Of a DNA stretch of 64,000 nucleotides, positions 46,495-58,400 are shown one piece after another. A model generated the notes under the pieces. That model was not told where the DNA came from. It worked only from the letters and a program-made list of their open reading frames with translations, and ran no database searches. Numbering within the stretch: the first letter of the stretch is position 1; every line of letters begins with the position of its first letter. A program made the position numbers and the translations under genes. This stretch comes from a virus. Where the stretch lies: positions 32,001 through 96,000 of the IMG/VR virus record IMGVR_UViG_3300028044_000003; one strand, written 5' to 3'.

Positions 46495-49400
46495 TTATTT
46501 AAAACAAGTTACGAAATTACTAATAACATCTTGATCTGATACAGGTTGTTGTGAAGTTACTATGTCTTTAAGTTTTTGAGATGAAGTTTCTATTATAAAA
46601 CCAGGGTTATAATATCCAAAGTTTTTTAATAACTCGTTAGATAAATAAAGAAAACCTCCCCTATAATCATCTTTATTCAAACTTTGACCATAACCACTAG
46701 AACTTAACATTAAGCTTTTATCTTGGATATCTTCTCTAAGCTGTGTAATAAAATTATCTACATCAGTTTTTAGTTTAGGATTAGCAACCAAAATACCTTT
46801 ATCATTTCTAACATCTTTAAGATTTGTTTTTAATATATCAAATTTTATTACGTTTGGTTTATTAGGTATTTTTTCTGTTACACCCACACCGTCTACTAAA
46901 AATAGAGCTCCTGGAAACATTGAGTATACATTTTCCATCGCATTATTATCCCGGTACTCAAATATGTTTTCTTTTAGAGGTTTAACAGTGTCAAAAAAAA
47001 TACTTTGATCAGTACTTACATCAGTTAATAGTTCTTTTAAAGATTGAATTTTACTTATTGGTGAAACATTAACAGGGGTTACTTTTGTAGTTACACTAGG
47101 TTGAGTAAATTGTATAGATTTAAGTTCCCCTCTAACTTCCATAAGAAGTTTGGAAAATCTACCTTTATCTTGTTCTATACCATTATATTTATGTGTAAGT
47201 TCAGCATTTCCTGTAGCTAATAACTTAGCAAGAGCATCTGGATTTTGTTGGAAAGAATCTTTTAATAATGCTTTCATAATTGTTGGAGACATGTTATCCC
47301 AAACTTTCTGATCTAATCCTTTAAACTCTTTTCCTAATTCTCTAAGTCTTTTACCATCTTTAGTATCTTTTATAACACTACCTACAGCTCGATTATTCTC
47401 ATTCTTAGGAGAGAACTCAGTTTTATAATATTGAAACGCTTGTTCTACAGAATCAAAATTTATACCTAAGTGTATAAAAGGTCTAATAGCAAAGTTACTT
47501 AACTCAGCATTCTCTCCTGTACCAGCGTAAATATTAATCTTAATTCCTGCTGCTACTAAAGGATTTGATTCTAGAATCTTGCTTGTCATCTTCATTCCTG
47601 TCTTTAAGTCTACATTACTAATGTAAACCTCACCTGTTTCTTTGTCTACTAAATTATACAAGTCATTATCTTGTAATATCCACTTAGAAGACTGAGGAGC
47701 TTTTTCTCTTTTACCTGTAGATTTATTATAAAACTCTTTAAATCTTGTATTAGTAGTAAAAAATTCTTTAGGCATCTTACCATCAGATTTTTCTACATAT
47801 TGATTGTATGCATCTATATCTGATTGAGAAATAATTTTTACACTTTCACTTTCATCTTCTTCTTGAGGTTTTACTTCAGTACCCCAATCATATTTATTAA
47901 TAAGATAATCTAAAGCTGTAGCGTGAGTAGCATAATTCTTTTCTTCATAATAAAGAATAGGACTTTTTATTATTTTACTTGATTTAATATCGTTAATAAT
48001 AGCTTGTCTATATTCTTTTGTAGCATTAGTATTACCAAAATTATTACCAGTAATCATCCACTCAATAAACTTTTTAGTAGATTTTATACCTTGTTCTTTT
48101 CTTGTACCTGTTTCATCTGCAAAATCAAAAGGATTACCTACAGTGTTTCCATCTTTATAATTTTGTAAAAATGTTTTTTTCTTGTTTCCTCTGTATGCAA
48201 TTAGCATAGGTTTCTTACCAGGAAACTTATAATCAAACATAGATTTTGCTTCTGGAACAATATCATTCCAAAAGTTTTTACCTGTATATTCTGTGTTTTC
48301 TTCTAAATCTTTAGGTAAGATAACATTTTCTGATTGTATTAAATTGTCTTTGTTTATGTCAGAATAAATTTCTTCTGCTGTTAAAATAACTTGCGGTTGA
48401 GTAGTAAGTTTAGCTGGTGTTGCGGGTATACCTGGTTCTAAATCCGCAGCTCTTCTAAATGTAAGGGTAATAGTATAATTAGTAATAACTCTACCATCTG
48501 AAAGTTTAATTGGCGGATAAGGATTCTTCTTTATATTTCCTAATGGCGTTGTGTGAGAGAGAGCAAATCTACCTTTACCATCCATACCAAATGTATAAAT
48601 AGTACCATCTTTAGTAGCAATTTCATTAGTAGGTTTTCTTCCTTGGTAATCTTCTTTATAGGCACCTTGGAAAGTTATCTTACCTTTATTATCATCCCAT
48701 ATACCAAGGCCAGAATTATTACCTATTGTATAAACAACAACAGGATATCCTTTAGCAGACTTAGCTTCTGTAGTATCTCTATGCGGAGCTATACTTTGGT
48801 TATCTAAATATATGTTTCCCAATATAGAATCATAATCAGACATATCTAGACCTAAAGCGTTTTGTATTTTATCAATTAACGGTTGTAAATCTGATATAGG
48901 AGGTAAAGGATTACCGTTTTGATCTAATTCGTGATAGTCATAAATATATTTTGACTTATCTACTGTTAATCCAGCTTTTTTTAGAGCCGCTATTTGTTGT
49001 TTAGTTTTTTCAACACCAGCAAAAGAATTAATTAATAATGGTTTTGCTTTAAGATTTACTCTTGACCACATACGACCAAAAGAAAACTGCCAGTTAGCAT
49101 TAACTCCAACATTTTCTTTATAAGCTTGTCTCTGAATTTGAGGAGCTATAAGATTTATAATTTCTTGAGTATCAACTTTTGTAGGATTTGTATCAACTTT
49201 AACAACACCGTAATCTGGAGAAACTACTTTAATTTCAGAAATAAAATCTGATGTTGCCGATATTTCAGATATTTTTTCTAAACCTTTACCAGCTAAAACT
49301 TTATTGATAGCTTCTAACTCTTTAACTTGATATTTTCTTAACTCTTCAAGAGTTTTAAATCTTTTTAATAATTGTACTTCGTTAGTTATTGTAAAAAATA

Positions 49401-52400
49401 AATCTACTACCGGTAAATGGTGTAAAGAACCTGTTAATACTGTATACCCACGTTTTGCAAATTCTTTTAATCTACCTCTAACTCTTTCCTTAACTTCATC
49501 ATTTTTATAACTATATTTTTTTGAAAAATCTAAAATAATACCTTGAGGAGTTGTTTCGGTAGTTTTAAACTCAGGAACTACTTTATATATTTCTTCTATA
49601 GTAATGTCATCAGCGTCAATAACGCTTAAAGGGTTTTTAGATTTAAAAGTTGTTTTACCAGAGCCAGGAGTAAGGTATATAACCTTACCGCGATATTCGT
49701 CTTTTATAGTAATATATTTATCAATAATTATATCAGTGTTGTTTGATAAAAAGTCTGCTGAATAATTTTTAGTTCTAGAACCAAAAAATCTATTTAATAA
49801 AACGTTATAGTCAGTTAATATATTTTGATTATCAGAAATAGATCTGATATATTTATTAATTACTTTTGGATTAAGTACATCTAAATACCTTTGAGGATTT
49901 ACTAATCTCGTTAAAGTGAATTGGGTACCGGATATAAAACCTGATTGTAATAACGCTACTATCTCAAACTCTTCAAAAAACTCAGATATTGCCCTATTAA
50001 TCTGAACATTTTCTACTTTTTTTACTGTAGGATCTTTTAACTGATTTAACTCATAATTTAGAACTTGTAGTAAATCTTTAGTTAACTGTACGTTTTTTAA
50101 AGTCAAATTTTTATAACCGCGGAACTCGTTTATGTTTAAGATTTCTACCAGCTTATAATCATTAACCAATTTTGGATAACGGTTTTTTATATTATAAAAC
50201 CTCTGAGCATAATTATTACTTTCTGTAACATCTTCGTTTATAACTGTTTGGAATATAGCTCTTGGATTATAAGTTTTTCTAAGAGCTTGATTTTTTAACC
50301 ATTTTTCGTATTTTTCTACTCTTTTTACTTTATCTTCAATGTCTTTGTACTTAGTTTCTATAGGGAACATTACCCTGAATAACTCTCTCTGTACTAAAAA
50401 TTCAGCAAACTGTTTATCATTAGTAAAATAACCCTTATAGCTTTTATCCCTATATGTTTTAATATTTTCATCAGAAATTTTATCTACCGGTTTATTATAC
50501 TGTACGGTTTCTCTGTATAATTTTTTTACAGTAATAGGATCTATATAAATAGTATACTTATCCTCAGTTTTTGTAACAATTACTCCAAATTCAGAATAGT
50601 TAATTTTTTTAGCTTCTGTATCTTTTTTAAACTTGACTTCAACTCCTTTAAAACTATTAGCTTTAGTGTAATCAAACTCTAAAATTTCTTTTTGGAAAAT
50701 GTAAGTAAGTAGGTGATTCTTAAAAGTTTTTACTTTATACTCTTTATCATCTTTATTAAGAGTATTTTTTACTACATCGCTTGCTATAAAATTATTTAAC
50801 TCTAGGTTATTTCTTAGAGGAAATAATTTTGAAATAAACGCTTCAAGATAATCTTTGATAAAAAAAGATTTAAGCATTGTTTCTTTTTCTAACGCTTGTA
50901 TTTTATCAAGAGGTATACTATCGTCTTTTTTAATTTTATTAATTTGTTGTTCTTTTTCAATTAGCTCGTATAACGATGCTGGACGAGTAGTATCTGGATT
51001 AAAGTTTAATTTAATAGCTCTAACCTTATCTGACATTTCTTCTACTTCTAAGTAATGTAAAAAGATAAGCTGTTCGTATAATTTTTTAACTTCTGGTTCT
51101 ATATTTTGCGTCTCATCATCGATTAAGTTTTGTAAAACTTCTTCTAAAACTCTACCATCATCATCTAGATTAATATTATAATCTAGATTTAATCGATCTT
51201 TAATACTACTTATTTTTACATAAGGATTTGAAATATCATTTTGCGAAAGACCTAATTCTTCACCTATTTTAAATTTTACTTCACTAGTATTTGTTTCAGA
51301 TAATAAACTATTTGCAGCAATTTTACTATCGATATATTCAACAATAATCGGCTGACTCATAAAGTTAACTATAGTAGTAAACGGAACACCGGCCTGAACT
51401 AAGAATAATATTTTAGGAGCGGCCTCTTTGTTACCCTGGATATTAAAAATCCAAGGATCTTTTGCTACGTCTACCCATCCGTTAATTAACTGAGATATTA
51501 CATCAGCTATACGGTTAACACCATTCACATCCGTAACATCAGATAAAGAAATAGCTTTTTCATTATCTACTATTAGACTTCTATGTGGTATTAAAAGTCT
51601 TTGAGGAAGCCTTTTAGGAACAGTATTATTTGTTCTTGTAGGATTCATATACATCCCTACAATATTGAATAATGTGTTAAAAGTATTATCTACGGCGCCA
51701 AGCCCTAAAGCTTGTTTACCAACAGAGTTAGAAGTATGACTATGTAAATTATATCCGTATTCAAATATTTTCGTTTCAGCTATTAAAGGTTTTTCTTCTG
51801 TACCTAAAAAACCATCAATCGTTTTGTTTCTAAAAGGATTGTATTTTTTAGATTTAGAAGCCATTCTAGTAGCTTCTGGTTTAGCAATATCAGTATCGTT
51901 TGGTGTAATTAAAGATTTAAAATTACTATCTAATGCTAGTATATCTTTTACTACATTAATAAGATTGTTCTCTAAACCTTTTACAGTATTTTCTGAGGTA
52001 TCATATTTTACAACACCATCTTTAATACTAAGGTTAGGCATAGTTACGTTTAACTTATCAACGTCAAAATCCGAACCTGATTTAACAACAATTTCTATCG
52101 GAGGAATAATAATATTACCTGCTTCTTTTGGTAAAAACTCTGCTACCTCCATAAACTCCATAGAGTTATGGCCTTGTACAGGAATACGTACACCAATCAT
52201 AGTAATCATTTTACGATTACTACCAGTATTTAACCAAGTTTCATTCTTAATTAATTTATTAAGATTTGCTAAAGAAGCTTTATAGTTTAATTCTTTTTTA
52301 GGTTTACCGTTCTCATCTTTTACTTCATCATAAACAGCTACTTCTTTTAGATAAAGTAGTTTTTCAAAATCACCTTGTATGGCAATTTTAACTTGCATAC

Positions 52401-55400
52401 TTACTGTACCGTCTTTACCCTTGTGATAAAACCTTAAACCGTTGGTACCGTATTTAAGTATATCTTTTTGATCGGGTTTTTTAAAACCAGATTGTTGCCA
52501 GCCTACACTAGATACCTGGATTAAACCTTCTCCCTTAACTTTTTGAGTAATTAATTTTCTAACAACAAGAGATGTAATTAATTTTTCAATTTTTTCAGCT
52601 TGAGGGGTTAAAGAAAAATCTACATTGTTTAATTCTGTAGCTGAAAAGTTTAAAAAATCTAATTCATAATCTGCGATCTCTTGACGCGTTAATTCTTTTT
52701 TTACAAACTCTACAAGGTTTATTAATTTACCAGAAGGTTTACCGTTTTTTATCTCCCAGCCTATTTCATTAAGTAGTTCTTTTTTCTTAGCTTCAGTTAA
52801 ATCATTTACTACTCGGTTATAGTCTTGTAATAAACGATATTCTTTAGACTGTAGTTTTATTTCTTTAGGTTCAGAGTTCCATAAAGATATCCTATCTTCT
52901 AAACTTAAACCTTCGTTTATTTTATAATCGGCAGGAACCCCGTTTACCATTAAACTTTCAGCTACAAGTTTTCTTAACTGACTGGCAAATATTACTTTCT
53001 TTTTAAACTTAGGAGCAATGTCTACCTGATTTTTAAGATACTTTAGATGTATTGTGTTTTTAGTATACTCAAAATTGTTATTGTTTGATAATGTGTTACC
53101 AGCTTCGTTTAAATATTTATCTGGATTATCTTTCCTAGAAAGAGTTCCCACCTTAGATCCGGATATAAATGTAACGTAACCTATATTTTCCCTGGTTAAT
53201 TTATCGTGTAATTCTTTAAGTATACTATTTTCACCTATTACTGAAGGGATTAACGGCATTAAAGAATACTTATGAAAAGCGGTTATAGGTAAACCATTAG
53301 TTATTAAAGGCCCGTAATATTGATCTTTCATAACCGGGAAGAACTCAAGAATATCTTCTAAATTAACAGTATCACCGTTAAGTATTTTATTGTAAAGAAC
53401 ATCTTGATCGTTTGACCAAGTACCTTTTAAATAATTTAACTCGCGATATTTATCAAAAGTTATATAACCCTGAGCATTTGTAGATTCTTCTTTTCCAGTA
53501 TATTTAGAAGCTTTTTTAGAACCTAAGATTTCTTCAAAAGCAGCAGCATAGTCCGACTTAACCGTTTCATCTTGTAATACAGCGGTATTCATAGTACCGT
53601 CAAATAACTCGTCATATTCTACGCCAAGTTTTTGAGCATAAGTTGAAAAACGATTATTAGGTTTAACTGTTGTTCTTAGATTATTAATAAAACTTAAAGC
53701 TTTTTTATCAGTTCTATAAATATTACCAGTAGAACCGGCACCTGCTATACGTTTATTAGCTTCTTGTTTTGTATGTTCAAAAGAAGCAACGTTACCGTAA
53801 AAAATAGTGTAAGCTTCTACGTTATTTATAAACGTATTAGCAAACATAAATCTAGAAATAACATCAAACCTTTCATAAATATTTAAGTTTGATAATTTTT
53901 TATCATTTAATAATGACTCACTAAACCCAATACTTAGTTTCTTGTTGGTTATTAAGTCTGTTAACGGATTTAAAATATCTGCTTTGTAACCTTTATTAAA
54001 GTAATTTGTAATATCAGTTTGTATTTTACTTAATAAAACTAGATCTTTACTATTAAGATATTCTTCTAGCTCACTTGTTTTTAAATATTCTTTATTTTCT
54101 AAAAGTGTTAATAATTCTTCTTTAGTATCTTTTCTTAAGATATCTTTAAACATTAAAAAATCAGAACCTCTCTGAGCATATTTCCAATCAAATACAGCGT
54201 TAGTACTTTTGTCTAAATCCCTTAGTATTTTTATACGATCTAATTCAGCGTTTAAATAACCTATAAGGATATTGGTAAAAGTCTGAGTACCGGTATTTTT
54301 ATCTTTTATAAAAGTATCCAAATCAATATAAGCTCTGGAATTACTTCCTAATACTTTGGTTAAAGAATAACTATAAGAAGTAGACTTATCTGAATGACGA
54401 GGTAGTTCAAATATTCCAAGTTTTATAGCTAAAGCTATATCAGATACTCTTTTTGTTGTAGGATCTGCTGAGGCAAGTGCAATACCTTTACTAAACTCTT
54501 CATCATCGTATATAGCTGTACCACTAAGATTTTGTAAGTCTAATTTAACATTAGCTGCGTTTTGAAAATTAGATTCTTTTAATTTGTTACCGAAAGTTTT
54601 TAAACCGTTTTCATCAGTTATTTCTTCAAACAATGATTTTAATACGATAGATCTTTTTGCATCCGGATTTCGTTTAATATCAAAATGACTCATCCAGGGT
54701 AACGTTATAAGCTCCTGGTAAGTGTTTACTTCATTTATCGTATTAGTTATAATCGTTAGTTCGTTATTTAAACTATGTTCAAACTGAGTCTCTCCTTCAG
54801 CGTTTAAAACCATAAACGATAAATTAGTCTCACCGTATGTAGCTTCTAGTTTAGCATAATTTTCAAATAAATAACTTAGATCTACTATATTCTCAGAATC
54901 AGATTCCTTCCAAAACTCGTCTACAGTTAAATTATTATTTTTTAATTTACTGATTTTTGTAAGTATAGTTTTAAGATTGTCTTGTGATAAACCTATTTGA
55001 CTATCACCTAGTTTAATAGAATCTTTGATTAAACTTGTATTACTTACATATACTCCTAGAGAGTGTAAAAAAGATATAGGGTTTTCTTTAACCTTATCAA
55101 GACTATTGAAATTTTTAAATATTTGACTCAAGTTAAGTACCTTGGTCGTATAAGTTTGATCATTTCTTTTTACATCAATAGAATAAATAGACTCTTTAGT
55201 TTTAAAATTATCTCGCCATAAAGATTTTAACTTGCTAGTTTGACCATAAGATTTACCAGCAGTTACTTCCCAACCAGTAACATCTTCTCCTAACTCTGTT
55301 CTTTTTAAATTTACTTGTAGTAATTTAATATAAGACTTGTTAAAAGATTGCCAGAAACGAGTTTGTAATTTGAATCTTTCTACATCAGAACCTATTTCAT

Positions 55401-58400
55401 CAATACCGCCTAATCTTTCAGCTATTTGACCAAATATATTAGTTAAGTCTTTATCACCACGTTTAATTATATTCTGATACATTTTATCAAAATCTAAATT
55501 ATTTTGTGTAGCGGTGATAGCTTTATTCCAGGCTATGTTAAAAGGAATAAACTTTGGAGTACCGTAACGATTTACTTTTAATACTTTTCTGTCTTCTTTA
55601 ATATCATAGTCTATCATAGTACCTAACATAAATTGAATTTCTTCAAAGGCCAATTCCTGGGTAGACTTATCGATACCTGTTCTGTCAGCGTACTCTGAAA
55701 AACCTTGTTCTCGTTTTTCAGCTTCTATAGCATCTTGTTCTTCTTGTGTTAGATTTTCTTTAACTGGTTGTTTAGCAGCTTCTTTACTTTTTTCCTCTAA
55801 TAAATCTTTAGCTTTTAGAGGGATGATATTAGATTTTCTTATATGATAATTTATTAAACCACCTTTACTACTGTTAAGATTATCTAATATATTATCAAGA
55901 TTTCCAAAATTATCAATAGCTAAAGACAATTCTTGAAACTTATTTAATAATAAACTATAAGCATCAGTATTAGTACTAGTATTTTTAAGTTGTAAATTGG
56001 TTAACGATCTTAACAACTCAAGATCTGATTTAACTATCTGGTATGCTTTTTTTAATTTTTCAGGATCGTTTATATATGTTAAAAAATTTCCTTCATAATT
56101 TTGTTTACCAATAACTGGTTCAAGATTTACTATACTATTGTATATTTTATCTTTATAAATTTTTTGTTCGTCTGTATCAGACGGTAAGTTATTATATTTA
56201 TTTATAATTGCTTGAAGCTGGTCTTTAGTAAATGTTTTTGTAGCACTTGAATAATTAATTTCAGTATTATTAACTACTGCAGAAAAATAATAATCCATAC
56301 TAGATAATATTTCTACACTAGAACCACCTAAAAGAATATTTTCTTGTTTTTGATTATCAGTTTGATAAGTCTTTGGTCCTTCGTAAGCTAATGAATCAAA
56401 CCTTTTAAAGTTATTCCAGGAAAAAGGTTGTTCAAACAAAGGCCCTTTACCAGTATTTAGCTGTTCGTACATATTATAGAGATATGGTACCGATGATTGT
56501 CCTTTAGCTAAATCTATAGTAGTTAGATTTTTAAATAACTCAATTAGTAGATCTTTAATTTTTCTGAATATATCTTTCTTAGCAGGGGCTTTTACAAACT
56601 CACCTTTACCTGTTAACATGTATTTTCTAAAATCTTCAGCTAAATACTCTTCTAACTCCAGGTCTGAAGCTTTACTAAATTTTACAAAAGAACCAGTATG
56701 GGTTTTAAATACTCCAGGTAGTTTACGAGCTTCTGAGTAAAGCTTATCTTGTTGTTCTTTTGTTAATAGGGTTTGAGTAAATATATGCCAAGCTTCGTGA
56801 TACAAATCAGTAGAGTCAGAACCCATGTATAAAGTAACGCCGGCTCTATTAAACTCAGCTACTTTTTCCATGTTCATAATACTCCTCATATCGTTCATCT
56901 TCCAAATATCGGAAGCCATTCGTGCTGCTGGATGATTAGCAAACCATTTATTAGCTCTTTCTTCGTATTGTTTTAAATCAGAACCTAACTGATTTTCAAG
57001 AGCTTTCTGAGTATTGTTTTTATCAAGTCCTAATAGTTCACTTAATAAATCTTCATCTTCATCAGGTTTTACCTCTAGTATAGTTTTATTCTCAAAAGTT
57101 ATGTAGGGATTATAGAACTTAACTTTATTATCAATAGAAGTATAAAAAGGTAAAGTAAAATTGTTTTTTATAAAACTACGATAAGAGATTACATTATCTA
57201 TTATTTGATTCTGGTCGTTTATTTCAAAATCATTAATCATGAAATTTCGAACGCTTTCTTTAATATGCAGTTTAGCTTTTTCTATAACATAAAATTTATC
57301 ATTAAACTTAAATACATCATTTACCTTTAGTTGGCTTTCAGAAACTACTTTACCTTGTAATAAAAATTTACCTTCAGAAAAACTGTAAGGTTTATTTTTA
57401 TAATTTTCTATTTGTAAATCACTTAAGTCTTCTTCTTTATCGGTTTTAGGGTTACCGTGTAGACCGTTAAAGTATTTTTGTAAAGCTTCAACAAATTTTT
57501 CTTTATTTATTTTTTCAATTTTGTTACCAATAACTTGTTCAAAAATAAAATCGTTATTATTATTTCTCTTTAATATAAAAGATTGAAAATTAACGGTTAA
57601 TAATAAGTTATTATCTTTAATAGTTAATTGAAAACCAGAACTTGCTTTAATATTAATAAACGTTTCAATTATATCTTTAATTTCTGAATTAACTAAAACC
57701 TTATCCGAACTATCTGTTACTTTTTCAGTTAAAAGTTTTGTTATGTTTTGAGCATATTTAGAATCAAAAGTTAATTCTTTTCTTTCGATAGTAACCGGTA
57801 TATTTAAAGTTGCTGTCTGATGCTGAATAGTTACCTCACCGTTATTATTTATTGTATAATTAAAAGGTATTTCTACATTATTAACTTTAAAATCTATATC
57901 AGATAATAGTGTATAATCATTTTTATCATCTTTTCGTATAACAGTCCCATAACTACCACCCACTATATTAAAAGATTCTTTATAACCAACTTCTTTATTT
58001 TCAAGATATTTGAATGTTTTATAAAGATCTAGTAACTGGGATTTTATTATAGAATCAACTTCTTTTGTTTGTTCGTTTTTAAACGTACCCTTGATATTAT
58101 AAACTTTACTTAATTCAATAACTACTGTACTATATACATTAGTTTTAGAATTATTAAACACTGTATCATCTATTACATCTATACCTAGTTCATCTTGTTT
58201 AACTAAATCAGATAATTTAACTTTAGAGTCAATCCCAAAAGAACTTAAATTAAAAGGATTTGTCTTTTTAGATTGGCCCGTTTTATTACTTATATCAAAC
58301 GTATCTGTGTTAAAAAGAATTTCTGTATCATCTTCAAAAGCAAATGTAGAATAGTAGTTATTTTTTTCTTTAACAATAATTACTTTTACTTTTTTATCAA

